Assembly (NCBI GenBank): GCA_964422165.1
Contig: CAYQZX010000029.1
Coordinates: 24,165-88,164, forward strand
Direction: 5' to 3'
DNA length: 64,000 nt
From: an uncultured Eubacteriales bacterium
Lineage (GTDB): Bacteria > Acidobacteriota > Aminicenantia > Aminicenantales > Saccharicenantaceae
Shown: in pieces, positions 1 to 9,606 of the stretch
Numbering within the stretch: the first letter of the stretch is position 1
Layout of the letters: every line of letters begins with the position of its first letter
Program-made: the position numbers and the translations under genes
The notes under the pieces: model-generated
The model's input: only the letters and a program-made list of their open reading frames with translations
Database searches by the model: none
What the model was told of the DNA's origin: nothing

Positions 1-183
1 AATCACAAGGGCATCATAATCGGCCGCAAGGGAGCTATGATCAGGGCCATTGGAACTGAAGCCCGTAAAGAAATGGAAGAGATTCTGGAAAGTAAGGTCT
101 TTTTAGAGCTCACTGTCAGGGTCCGCGAAAAATGGCGGGATTCGGAAGAAATTCTGGACCTGATAGAAGAGCAAAAAGGCTGA
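1..183 (+). CDS. era: GTPase Era, C-terminal KH-domain fragment (5' part lies outside the window)
   Basis: Frame 1 from nt 1 reads [60 protein letters not shown], then TGA at 181-183. The IIIG.KG..I..IG.EAR...V.LEL.V.V..W pattern is the Era KH-domain C-terminus. It is absent from the ORF track because it has no start in the window. Confidence 0.85.
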   Translation, partial: NHKGIIIGRKGAMIRAIGTEARKEMEEILESKVFLELTVRVREKWRDSEEILDLIEEQKG

Positions 184-347
184 GTCCAATTCCCCTCCAC
201 CCTGTTTGCCTGGAAAACAGGAAACTCCAGCGTTTTTCCAGCCAATTCTTGGGGGCAAATCCATTGTTGAAAGAGCTTGAGCTTAATCAACCGAGCAGGT
301 CTTATTGACAATCAGCCCTTTTGATGAGAAAATTTTAATCCTTTCTC

Positions 348-424
348 GGTGAGTGTAGCTCAAGGGTTAGAGCACCGGACTGTGGATCCGGTGGTTGGGG
401 GTTCGAATCCCCTCACTCACCCCA
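348..424 (+). tRNA. tRNA-His (anticodon GTG) with encoded G-1 and CCA
   Basis: Cloverleaf folded by hand: G-1, acceptor GTGAGTG/CACTCAC, D arm GCTC..GAGC, anticodon stem CCGGA/TCCGG with loop CTGTGGA (GTG), T arm GGGGG-TTCGAAT-CCCCT, discriminator C, CCA. Confidence 0.95.
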
Positions 425-528
425 TTCTTCTATGCTTTTCCCGATGAGGGGATAAAGAATATTAATCAGGATTCTGAACTTCCTGAGTCTGAAATCTCCC
501 AGTTACGCCAGAGGGCTGACCTGGGTTC

Positions 529-1167
529 TTAGAAAGCTAATCCCAGCAAAACAGCCAGACTTTTATTTTTGATATAATCCACCTCCATCTGGGACCTGGC
601 AATGTTGGAAAGGCCCAGATGGTAACGGGTTTCCAGGGAAATTTTTACTACTGGAACTTTTATCTCCACCCCGGCTCCTAAGACAGCCGCCAGCTCCGTA
701 TTCTTAAATCTTTCCTTGACATCAAGGGAGATGATTTCGTTTCCATCTTCGTCCATGGCCACGGCTCGGGCTCTGGTCAAATAACCCAGCGAAGGACCAG
801 CCAGAAGAAAAGGTTTTACCGGTCCAGCCAGAATCGGGCTGAACTTAAGAAGCAGGAGACCTTCAAGATAGTCAAGCCGGTATTGAGCTGTAAAAGTAAT
901 GAAATTTTCGGTCACTTCATAATGAGTTCCTCTCCTGGCATACAGAAACTCCGGTTGAATGGTCAGCAGTCCCAGATTGAAGGTCAGGAATAAACCTCCG
1001 GTCAGTCCCTTCAAATCTCTGAATTCCGGCAGGTCGGGTGTGATGGGACTGACCTTAAAATTGGCCAGATTTAACCCGCCTTTCACACCAAAAGATGCGG
1101 CCGAAGTTTCAGACCAGAACCCAAAGAGAAAAAAGACCATTATCCCTAATAAAATAATCCTTCTCAT
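529..1167 (-). CDS. outer-membrane beta-barrel protein (OmpA-like/porin-family barrel)
   Basis: 212-aa ORF with signal peptide MRRIILLGIMVFFLFGFWSETSAA, an alternating beta-strand pattern, and a C-terminal ...LLGLAF ending in Phe as in OMP beta-signals. An SD-like ggaggaggg lies upstream of the ATG. Confidence 0.7.
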   Translation of the reverse strand: MRRIILLGIMVFFLFGFWSETSAASFGVKGGLNLANFKVSPITPDLPEFRDLKGLTGGLFLTFNLGLLTIQPEFLYARRGTHYEVTENFITFTAQYRLDYLEGLLLLKFSPILAGPVKPFLLAGPSLGYLTRARAVAMDEDGNEIISLDVKERFKNTELAAVLGAGVEIKVPVVKISLETRYHLGLSNIARSQMEVDYIKNKSLAVLLGLAF

Positions 1168-1423
1168 CTTACCCTCCTCCAGTTATTTCCATAAATATCA
1201 TAATCCTGATTAAGGGCTTAAGACAAACTGATCCTCTTTTCCCAACCTGACCAAAAGAATCGGCAAAATAAATCAGTTACCAGGTCTAGACCAATTATAA
1301 AAATACCACAGGATTAAACAGGGTTGAGATTTCAGACCAAAAACTCAGGGAGAAGGCTAAATTTTTCTGGAACAACCCTTAAAAAATGAAGATAATAGAT
1401 TCTAAAACTTAAGGAGTACAGAC

Positions 1424-4048
1424 ATGTTTCGAGAAGTCAGAACATTTCAGCTAAAAATTATTAAAAAATTTTTCTTGCTTTTCGTTCTTTTTACCTTTTT
1501 TATGTCTTCGGACGTCTTTGTGCTGTCTGCAACCCAAACTTCAACTCCCCAGACCAGCATTACTCCCCCTGAGGTCTTTTTCGGTTTTCAGCTTGGGGCC
1601 GACAGAAAAATCGCCCGCTGGGATAAGATTGTCAATTATTTCCAGCTGCTGGAAAAGGAAAGCCCGCGGATTAAAGTCATCAACCTGGGACCTACAACTA
1701 TGGGCCAACCCTTTCTCTTGGTCATCATCTCCTCTCCTGAGAATCTGGCCCGCTTAGAGCAGCTAAAAGCCATTAACCAGAAAATTTCAGACCCACGCGG
1801 TTTAGAAGAGAATGAAATAAAAACCCTGATAAACCAGGGTAAAACTATCATCTGTCAGTCGATGAGCCTTCATGCCACTGAAATCGGTGGCACCCAGATG
1901 GCTCCAGAGCTCACCTATGATCTGCTCTCTCGAAATGATGAAGAGACCATCCGCATTCTCGAAAACGTCATTTTCCTGCTTATTCCCTGCTTTAATCCCG
2001 ACGGTCAAATTATGGTTACCGACTGGTATTACCAGACGCTTGGTACTGAATATGAGGGTTCCAGTCTGCCCTGGCTTTATCACAAATATGCTGGCCATGA
2101 CAACAATCGTGATGGTGATTTCTTAAACCTGCAAGAATCTATCTATGCGGCTGAGATTCTTTATCGCGAATGGAAACCCCAGGCCTATGTCGACCACCAT
2201 CACATGGGAAGCTATGGGGCTCGCCTGTACATTCCACCTTACTGCGAACCTATCAGGCCTCATGCAGACCCGCTTCTCTGGCGGGAGCTATCCTGGTACG
2301 GAGCCCATATGGCCTACAAACTGGAGGAAGCTGGCAAAACAGGAATAATAAATAACGCTATGTTTCCAGGTTGGGGGCATTTCGGCTGGCATTGGATAAC
2401 TCCTTTTCATAATATCGCCGGAATGCTGACCGAGTCAGCCTCAGCCCGCCTGGCCTCTCCTCTTTACATCCATCCTGACCAACTACGGGGCGGCTCACTT
2501 CAATTTCCGGAATACGAAGCTCAGACCAACTTCCCTAATCCCTGGCCAGGAGGCTGGTGGCGGCTGCGTGATATTGTCGAGCAGAAAAAAATCTCAGCCT
2601 GGGCCGTACTGGACCTGGCAGCCAGACACCGGGAAACTGTGCTTTACAATGCTTACTTAAAGGCTAAAAGGCAAATTGAAAGGGGTTTAAACGAAAAACC
2701 ACGGGCTTTTGTGGTGCCGGCCGAACAAGCTGACCGGCTGACTACCATTAAAATGATTAACACACTGCTTCAGAGTGGCCTTGAAATTCAGAAAGCTACC
2801 ACTCCGATAACTGTTAACGGGCTGACCTACCCGGCAGGTTCTTACCTCATTCCGCTCTCTCAACCTAAAAGAGGACTGATAATCAACTTGCTAAATCGAA
2901 CACTCTATCCAGATAATTACTGGACCAGAGACCGGGACGGCCGTCCCAATCGCCCCTATGACCTGGCCACCCACACCATGGCTGAATTCATGGGAGTGAA
3001 AGTTGATCCCGTTGATGAGCTACCACAGGGCCGGCTGGAACCAATCACCGAGCCGATTAAGGTTAGAGGTAAAATAGAGTCCGGCCCATCCGGATACCGA
3101 CTTGACGGCCGACTGAATGACTCTTATACAGCAGTCAGCTTGCTTTTAGATAATAAAATTGAGGTTTTCCGGGTAGACCTTAAAACTGCCAGCTTAAACC
3201 CGGGTGATTTCCTGGTGCCCTCTGCCCCTTTAGCGCTGCTTCAGAACATTTCCGAAAAAACCGGAGTCGATTTCCTGCCTCTTGCCACCTTTCCGGAAAA
3301 AGGATTTCACCGAGTGCGCCGGCTGCGAGTCGGGCTTTATCAGCGCTACTACGGCGGTAATATGGATGAAGGCTGGACCCGGCTGATACTGGAAAAATTT
3401 TCTTTACCCTATCTGACAGTAAGAGATGCAGACCTCAAAAGTGGTCAGCTCCTTAAAAAAATCGACCTGCTGATTATCCCGGCTGATTCCATTGCTATGA
3501 TAACCGGAGAGCTTCCGGAGCCGTCCAGAAGGTTTCTGAACACCCCACCTGAATACCGGAGTGGGCTGGGAAAAGAAGGAGTGGAAAAACTTAAAGAATT
3601 CGTGGGTAGAGGGGGAATTCTGGTTTGTCTGGGTGAAGCCAGTAACTTCGCAGTAGAAAAATTCAACCTGAACCTGAAAAACGTGGTGGCTGGCCTTGAT
3701 TCCAAAGAATTTTTCTGCCCCGGCTCAACTCTGAAAGCTGAATTCAACAACCAGCATCCCCTGGCTTACGGACTGCCGGAACAGGGCCTGGTTCTTTTCT
3801 ACAGCAGCCCGGCCTTTGAGATTCTGCCTTCTGAAAATAGTGAGAAATACCGGGTGGTGGTCCGTTACGCCGAAAGAGAACTCCTGCAAAGCGGCTGGCT
3901 TATCGGTGAAAAGCACCTGAGCCGAAAAGCAGCCATGATAGAAGTGGATTACGGCCAGGGGCAGATTATTCTCATTGGCCTGCGCTGTCAGCACCGGGCT
4001 CAAACCCACGGCACTTTTAAGTTATTGTTCAATACGTTTATTCGGTAA
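1424..4048 (+). CDS. M14-family zinc metallocarboxypeptidase-like protein, exported
   Basis: 874-aa ORF with an aaggag SD upstream and a hydrophobic N-terminus. It has the HxxE zinc motif (SLHATEIGG) and a later YVDHHHMG. The family call is from motif memory only. Confidence 0.7.
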   Translation: MFREVRTFQLKIIKKFFLLFVLFTFFMSSDVFVLSATQTSTPQTSITPPEVFFGFQLGADRKIARWDKIVNYFQLLEKESPRIKVINLGPTTMGQPFLLVIISSPENLARLEQLKAINQKISDPRGLEENEIKTLINQGKTIICQSMSLHATEIGGTQMAPELTYDLLSRNDEETIRILENVIFLLIPCFNPDGQIMVTDWYYQTLGTEYEGSSLPWLYHKYAGHDNNRDGDFLNLQESIYAAEILYREWKPQAYVDHHHMGSYGARLYIPPYCEPIRPHADPLLWRELSWYGAHMAYKLEEAGKTGIINNAMFPGWGHFGWHWITPFHNIAGMLTESASARLASPLYIHPDQLRGGSLQFPEYEAQTNFPNPWPGGWWRLRDIVEQKKISAWAVLDLAARHRETVLYNAYLKAKRQIERGLNEKPRAFVVPAEQADRLTTIKMINTLLQSGLEIQKATTPITVNGLTYPAGSYLIPLSQPKRGLIINLLNRTLYPDNYWTRDRDGRPNRPYDLATHTMAEFMGVKVDPVDELPQGRLEPITEPIKVRGKIESGPSGYRLDGRLNDSYTAVSLLLDNKIEVFRVDLKTASLNPGDFLVPSAPLALLQNISEKTGVDFLPLATFPEKGFHRVRRLRVGLYQRYYGGNMDEGWTRLILEKFSLPYLTVRDADLKSGQLLKKIDLLIIPADSIAMITGELPEPSRRFLNTPPEYRSGLGKEGVEKLKEFVGRGGILVCLGEASNFAVEKFNLNLKNVVAGLDSKEFFCPGSTLKAEFNNQHPLAYGLPEQGLVLFYSSPAFEILPSENSEKYRVVVRYAERELLQSGWLIGEKHLSRKAAMIEVDYGQGQIILIGLRCQHRAQTHGTFKLLFNTFIR

Positions 4049-4146
4049 AAAAACAACCCTATTTTCGGCCCGAAAAATATCTTTCGGAAAGGAAATCCTT
4101 TGAGTAAAATAGATTACCCCCTTCTGCCCAAACTGGCTTCAGAAAA

Positions 4147-5142
4147 TCATTTTCTAATCGGAAAATGGACTCCGGTCTTTTCTTCACTGCGGTCAGTGGC
4201 CGGGGGCGGCTCCGGTGAAAGACGGGCAATTTCCAGTCTCAGTTCTTCAGTCATTTCTATATCGGCTGCTGCCACTGCCTCTTTAAGCTGTTCCAGGTTC
4301 CTGGCTCCTATGATAGGCGCGCTGACCGCCGGATGGCTACCAGCCCAGGCAATGGCTAGGCTGACAGGATGGTAGCCATTTCTTCTGGCAAACTCGGTGA
4401 ATCTTTCAGCCACTTCAAAAACCCAGCCTTCTCCATATCTGACCTGATAAATTTTATTCTCCACCAGACGACCTGATGGCGGTCGCCGGTCCCGACCGTA
4501 TTTTCCAGACAGGAGACCAGCTGCCAGCGGACTGTAAGTCAGGACTCCAAGTTTCTCTGCCTGGGCCATGGGAAATATTTCTACTTCGGCTTGTCGTTTC
4601 ACCAGATTGTACATGGGCTGGATACAGGCAATGGGAGCCCAGTTATGAAGGACCGTAAGACCAATAGCTTTCTCCACCTGCCAGGCGGCAAAGTTGCTTA
4701 GCCCCAGATAAACCACCTTACCCTGCCGCACCAGGTCATCCAGAGCTCTGAGAGTTTCCTCAAGAGGGGTCAGATCGTCAAACCGGTGAATGAAATAAAT
4801 ATCAATCCGGTCCGTCTGAAGACGTTTTAAACTGCTTTCTACCGCATACATAATGTGCCGGCGATTGGCTCCCATGGCGTTGGGATCAGGCCCGGTCGGA
4901 AAATAAACTTTGCTGGTAATCAGAACTTCTTCCCGGCAGTCTTTGATCAGCCGGCCCAGGATTTCCTCAGAACGTCCTCTGGCGTAGAGATCGGCACAGT
5001 CAAAGATATTAATTCCTTTCTCCCGGCAATAGGCAAACATTTCAGCCGAGGTTTTCTCATCTGCCTCGGCTCCAAAAGTCATAGTGCCAAAGCATAGCTC
5101 AGAAATTTTCAGGCCGGTTGAACCAAAATTTTTATACTTCAT
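4147..5142 (-). CDS. aldo/keto reductase
   Basis: 331 aa. The N-terminus MKYKNFGSTGLKISELCFGTMTFG and LGLSNF are typical AKR motifs. The ATG overlaps the stop of the upstream GH3 gene by 4 nt (ATGA). Confidence 0.9.
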   Translation of the reverse strand: MKYKNFGSTGLKISELCFGTMTFGAEADEKTSAEMFAYCREKGINIFDCADLYARGRSEEILGRLIKDCREEVLITSKVYFPTGPDPNAMGANRRHIMYAVESSLKRLQTDRIDIYFIHRFDDLTPLEETLRALDDLVRQGKVVYLGLSNFAAWQVEKAIGLTVLHNWAPIACIQPMYNLVKRQAEVEIFPMAQAEKLGVLTYSPLAAGLLSGKYGRDRRPPSGRLVENKIYQVRYGEGWVFEVAERFTEFARRNGYHPVSLAIAWAGSHPAVSAPIIGARNLEQLKEAVAAADIEMTEELRLEIARLSPEPPPATDRSEEKTGVHFPIRK

Positions 5143-6929
5143 TTTGCCTCCTTCGTCTTTTCCAGAATCAGGCCGTGACCTGCCGGAAACAGGCCCGGCA
5201 AAGAGACCGGAAGTTTACCGGACACTTTGATTTCACCACCAAGGGCTCTGGCCGCCAGTAGCTGGGTTTCCGGGGTATTACGGTAAAGACAGAAATAAGC
5301 CTCAACCTCGGGAAAATGTCTTAGAAAATAAGGGCTGCCGAACGACAGGACCACCAGAGGGCAGCCGAGGGCTTTAATTTCCTTCAACAACTCAATATGG
5401 GCTGGTTCCAGGTCAACGCTGCCTTTATAAGCCCGCAGACTGGAAAAAAGAGCTGCTACCGCCAGGTCTGATCGAGTAGCGGCCACCAGAGCTTCCTGCA
5501 ATCTTTCCTTTCCGGTATCACCATCGGCGTAGAAAACCCGAAGAGCTGGAATTCTCAGGCTTAACTCTGCAGCCAGTCTTCTTCCCGCATAAAAATCTCC
5601 CGGGTCACTGCTCAAAGACAGCAACACCACCTTTTTGTGTGAAGACAGCGGAACAAGGTTTTTCTCATTCTTAACCAGGGTTAGAGCCGAAGCAAAAGCC
5701 CGAAGGGCAATTTCTTTATATTCCGGCTTCCCAAGAATGAGGGGTAAACGGTCGAGCGAAACATAGCGGTTGCGATGAAGTCCCAGCCTGGCTTTTGCCA
5801 GGAGAACCCGGCGAAGGGATTCTTCCACCCGAGCAAGAGAAACCTCTCCGCTTCTTACCGCCTGTTTTAGATGCTCGATGACCCTGACCGGGTCCGGTGG
5901 TAAAAGCAGCAGGTCAACTCCAGCTTTCAGGGCTCGAAGAGCTGCTTCTTCTTCGCCAAAATACCCGGTAATGCCCCGCATTTCCAGGGCATCGGTAACT
6001 ATCAACCCCTTAAATCCCATTTTGTTTCTGAGCAGGTCAGTCAGTATCCTGGGCGAAAGAGTGGCTGGCAGCCCTTCTTCAGGCTCCAGTGCTGGAACAT
6101 AAAGGTGGGCGGTCATTACAGCTTCTACCCCGGCTTCAATGGCTTTCTGAAAAGGATAAAGCTCTATGCTTTCGAGTCTATTCAGGTCAGCCTTAATAGC
6201 TGGCAGTAGACTGTGAGAGTCCTGGTCAGTGTCGCCATGCCCGGGAAAATGCTTGGCTGTGGCTAGCATTCCGGCTGATTGACAGCCCTTGATGAAAGCA
6301 GAGGCTATCCTGGCTACCAGCTCAGGGCTTTCCCCGACCGAGCGGGTGTTGATTATAGGGTTATCGGGATTAATGTTGACATCAACCACAGGAGCGTAGG
6401 TCATATGAATCCCCAGAGCCCGACCCTCAATGGCTGTTATTCGGCCCATCTCGTAGGCCAGCTCTTCGGACCCGGCCGCTCCCAGGGCCATCAAAGGGGG
6501 AAAAAGAGTGGCTCCGGTCACCTGATTACCCGCCCCTCGCTCCAGGTCCGAGGCGATAAGCAGCGGTACTCTGGCCAGCTTCTGAAAATGGTTGGTAAAA
6601 TAGGCAGTTTCCAAAGCCTCGCCGCCAAAAAGAATCAGCCCGCCAAGATGATAATCCCGAACCATTTTTTCCAGATGGCGGAAGCTGTCGTCAGCCAGGT
6701 TGAAAAATTCGCCGCTATAGCGGGTTACTACTAACTGACCAATTTTCTCCTCCAGCGTCATAGAACGGATGGTCTTTTCCACCCAGCGGAGCTCGGATTT
6801 TTCCCGGTCATCTTCCTTCGGTTTAACCCTGAGGTTAGAGGCACAACCGGCCATAATTCCTACTAAAATAATAGGAATTAAGATTCCTGAAAACTTTTTC
6901 CGCCCTCTAAGTTGCATTTTTATCTCCAT
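5139..6929 (-). CDS. glycoside hydrolase family 3 (NagZ-like beta-N-acetylhexosaminidase), probable lipoprotein
   Basis: 596 aa with a lipobox-like LVGIMAGCAS. GH3 motifs KHFPGHGDTDQDSH and GLIVTDALEM are present. Confidence 0.85.
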   Translation of the reverse strand: MEIKMQLRGRKKFSGILIPIILVGIMAGCASNLRVKPKEDDREKSELRWVEKTIRSMTLEEKIGQLVVTRYSGEFFNLADDSFRHLEKMVRDYHLGGLILFGGEALETAYFTNHFQKLARVPLLIASDLERGAGNQVTGATLFPPLMALGAAGSEELAYEMGRITAIEGRALGIHMTYAPVVDVNINPDNPIINTRSVGESPELVARIASAFIKGCQSAGMLATAKHFPGHGDTDQDSHSLLPAIKADLNRLESIELYPFQKAIEAGVEAVMTAHLYVPALEPEEGLPATLSPRILTDLLRNKMGFKGLIVTDALEMRGITGYFGEEEAALRALKAGVDLLLLPPDPVRVIEHLKQAVRSGEVSLARVEESLRRVLLAKARLGLHRNRYVSLDRLPLILGKPEYKEIALRAFASALTLVKNEKNLVPLSSHKKVVLLSLSSDPGDFYAGRRLAAELSLRIPALRVFYADGDTGKERLQEALVAATRSDLAVAALFSSLRAYKGSVDLEPAHIELLKEIKALGCPLVVLSFGSPYFLRHFPEVEAYFCLYRNTPETQLLAARALGGEIKVSGKLPVSLPGLFPAGHGLILEKTKEAK

Positions 6930-7030
6930 TGCCCTTTTTATGCGTTTTTCTTTTTTCTATCAGTACTTACTGACATCAGATTTACCCGGGGCGCAGCTTC
7001 GCTTTAAACCAATCTGCGGCTTTTCTCGTT

Positions 7031-8365
7031 TCAACTTACATATTTAATAAAATAGCGAACCACTAAAAGCACTGAAATCAAATAGACCAGCCAGTGGACC
7101 TTTTTCCCTTCTCCTTTGACCAGCTTGATGAGCGAATAGCTTATGAAACCGAAAGCCATTCCATCGGTGATGCTGACCGCCAGCGGCATAACCACGATAG
7201 TCAGAAAGGCCGGGATGGCTTCGCTGACATTATCCCAATCTATTCTTGCTACGGCCTTCATCATCATAAAGCCGACGATAATCAAAGGTGCAGCAATGAC
7301 TGGATGAAGAACCTGGTCTTTATAGGTAAAACTTCCGCCTACCATGGCAGCCAGGGGGCTGAAGAACAGCGCTCCCAGGAAAAGAACTGAGGTGACCAGA
7401 TTTGCCAGCCCGGTCCTGGCTCCCTGGGCGATACCGGTAGTACTTTCAATGTAGCTGGTGACAGTAGAAGTCCCCAGCAGAGTTCCGACCACTGTCCCGA
7501 CCGAATCAGCCAGCATAGCCTGGTTGCCTCTGGGCAGGCGACCGTTTTTAATAAAGCCCGCCGGTGCGCAGACCCCCACCAGAGTTCCAACCGTGTCAAA
7601 AACGTCAAGAAAAAAGAAAACAAAGATTATTGGAATCAATCCGCTCTTGAGAGCCCCGATTATGTCCAGCCGGAAAAGAGTGGGTTCAACAGAAGGGGGT
7701 GCCGAGACAAACCCCTGGTATTTTACCACCCCCAGAGGCAGGCCAACGGCTGCCGTGATTAAAATTCCCCAGAGAATTGCTCCAGGAATTCTATAAGCCA
7801 TCAGAGATGAGATGACCAGAAGTCCAAAGAAAGCCAGCAGGACCGGTTTGCTGCCCATGTCGCCCAGCCCGACCAGAACCCCTGGCCTGGCTACCACGAT
7901 GCCAGCATATTCAAGACCGATTAGGGCAATCAGAAGTCCAATACCGGCGGCGATAGCCTGCTTTAAAGAATCAGGTATTATTTCGATCAGCTTTCCGGCC
8001 AGGCCGACCAGAGCTAAGACTAAAAATATCAAGCCAGAAATAAAATTAGCTCCGAGAGCCACCTGCCAGGAATAACCCATCAGTCCGCAGACAGTAACCG
8101 CAAAGAAGACATTATGGCCCATGGCTGGAGCTTGAGCGATAGGGTAGTTGGCCAGAACTCCAGTGAGCAAAGTAGCCAGAGCACTGGCCAGGCAGGTGGC
8201 TACCATGACCGCCCCTCTATCCATTCCGGTTTGCCCGAGAATGGCCGGCTGAACGAAGATGATATAGGACATGGTCATAAAGGTAGTTAACCCACCTACT
8301 ACCTCGGTCCGCAGACTGGTATTCCTGGCTTGAAGCTGAAAGGTCTTTTCCAGCCAGCTTCTCAT
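7031..8365 (-). CDS. NCS2-family purine permease (AzgA/PbuG-like adenine/guanine/hypoxanthine transporter)
   Basis: Polytopic membrane ORF. LRTEVVGGLTTFMTMSYIIFVQPAIL is the characteristic N-terminal motif. I place the start at ATG 8365 (MRSWLEK) because a perfect aggagg SD lies 5 nt upstream. The ORF track extends to 8416. Confidence 0.85.
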   Translation of the reverse strand: MRSWLEKTFQLQARNTSLRTEVVGGLTTFMTMSYIIFVQPAILGQTGMDRGAVMVATCLASALATLLTGVLANYPIAQAPAMGHNVFFAVTVCGLMGYSWQVALGANFISGLIFLVLALVGLAGKLIEIIPDSLKQAIAAGIGLLIALIGLEYAGIVVARPGVLVGLGDMGSKPVLLAFFGLLVISSLMAYRIPGAILWGILITAAVGLPLGVVKYQGFVSAPPSVEPTLFRLDIIGALKSGLIPIIFVFFFLDVFDTVGTLVGVCAPAGFIKNGRLPRGNQAMLADSVGTVVGTLLGTSTVTSYIESTTGIAQGARTGLANLVTSVLFLGALFFSPLAAMVGGSFTYKDQVLHPVIAAPLIIVGFMMMKAVARIDWDNVSEAIPAFLTIVVMPLAVSITDGMAFGFISYSLIKLVKGEGKKVHWLVYLISVLLVVRYFIKYVS

Positions 8366-8529
8366 CTTTCCTCCTTTCTGGCTCGGACGATTTTTAAAGA
8401 GAAAAGCTCCCTTCAACAGACGGCCTCAATCTTTAATCATCACCATCTAATTATCATAGGTTTTCCTTACTAAAACTTCTTGCTCCTGCTTTTATATCAA
8501 TCGAGGCTTCAGATATTAGCACGCCTGAA

Positions 8530-9057
8530 TCAAAATTTAATCAGGCTGAACACCGGAATTCCGGGATGGGCTTCATTTATCTTTTTTACTCCGTCCAGAA
8601 AAGTAAGTTCAACCAGCGCTTCAAAGGCCACCACCTTTCCCCCTAATTCCTGAACCAGTTCTATAGCGCTCACCCCGGAAGAGCCGGTGGCTATCAGGTC
8701 ATCTATGATAACCACCCTTTCTCCCTGCCGGACCGAATCCACATGGGCTTCAAAATACTCTACCGCATATTCGTTTGGAGCCAGAATGGTCAGGGTTTTC
8801 CGCGGCAATTTTCCCTTCTTCCGGATCAGGCTGAAACCTAATCTGAGGTCTCTGGCCAGGGCTGCCCCGAAAATAAAACCACGCGACTCGATAGCTGCTA
8901 TTCGGTCAGGATTAAACTTGCGGGCAATCTCTGAGAGCTGGTCAATCACCTGGTTAAAGGCAGCAGCTTCCTGAATTATGGGGGTGATGTCTTTAAAAAC
9001 AACGCCGGGTTTGGGAAAATCCGGCACATCAACAATCATTGATTTTAAATTCAGCAT
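8530..9057 (-). CDS. apt: adenine phosphoribosyltransferase
   Basis: 175 aa with the PRPP-binding motif VVIIDDLIATGSSG and an N-terminus DFPKPGVVFKDITP typical of Apt. Confidence 0.92.
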   Translation of the reverse strand: MLNLKSMIVDVPDFPKPGVVFKDITPIIQEAAAFNQVIDQLSEIARKFNPDRIAAIESRGFIFGAALARDLRLGFSLIRKKGKLPRKTLTILAPNEYAVEYFEAHVDSVRQGERVVIIDDLIATGSSGVSAIELVQELGGKVVAFEALVELTFLDGVKKINEAHPGIPVFSLIKF

Positions 9058-9081
9058 GGTTAAATCCTTTCTCCTTTGATT

Positions 9082-9606
9082 TCAATCTATTGGGTTCTTG
9101 TTTAACTTTTCAAAAGTTCGAGTTTGCAGGACCGGGTCATCTTCAGCCTTGAGTGAGTTTATTCCTTCCAGCCCTCTTATCAGGATTTTTCTCCGGTCCT
9201 GGTCTTCTACCTTAATAACTACTCTGATAGTCCGGCACCCCGAAAGCTCGCCGGGCAGCCTTTCGGCCCACTCAACCGCTACCACTCCCTGTCCCAGGTA
9301 ATCTTCCAGACCCAGGTCGGTTATCTCGTCGGGCTCTTCTAATCGGTAAAGGTCTATATGAAAAAGAGGAAACTTTCCTTCATAGACATTAACCAGAGTA
9401 AAAGAAGGGCTGCAGACGAGGCTTACGTCTTTAACTCCAAGGCCGGAAGCCAGGCCTTTTACAAAAACCGTTTTTCCTGAACCCAGCTCTCCACTGATTA
9501 AAATCAGCTCATCTCCAGCAAGCCCCCGGCCGAGCTTTTCCCCAAGATGGAAAGTGTCCTCTTCGCTTTCGGTCCAGAAGACCATTTCCGAAGTATCAGG
9601 TTTCAT
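9082..9606 (-). CDS. tsaE: tRNA t6A37 biosynthesis ATPase TsaE (YjeE)
   Basis: 174 aa with P-loop GELGSGKTVFVKGLA and HIDLYRL, typical of TsaE. It overlaps the nnr stop by 11 nt. Confidence 0.85.
   Translation of the reverse strand: MKPDTSEMVFWTESEEDTFHLGEKLGRGLAGDELILISGELGSGKTVFVKGLASGLGVKDVSLVCSPSFTLVNVYEGKFPLFHIDLYRLEEPDEITDLGLEDYLGQGVVAVEWAERLPGELSGCRTIRVVIKVEDQDRRKILIRGLEGINSLKAEDDPVLQTRTFEKLNKNPID

Noticed and set aside
3-311. 102-aa minus-strand ORF at the left edge
   Set aside because: It overlaps the clearly recognisable Era C-terminus on the plus strand (1-183) and has no motif or SD. I treat it as a shadow ORF.
4061-4077. Palindrome ATTTTCGG-C-CCGAAAAT between the convergent M14 and AKR genes as a bidirectional terminator
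   Set aside because: The stem is only about 7 bp, mostly A-T, with a 3-nt loop and no flanking U-tracts. It is too weak to call.
8366-8529. Possible purine riboswitch upstream of the NCS2 purine permease
   Set aside because: I read the minus strand of this leader and did not find the conserved purine-aptamer elements (UAUA..GAUAUGG..GUUUCUACC..CCGUAA..GACUA). Only a strong SD is evident.
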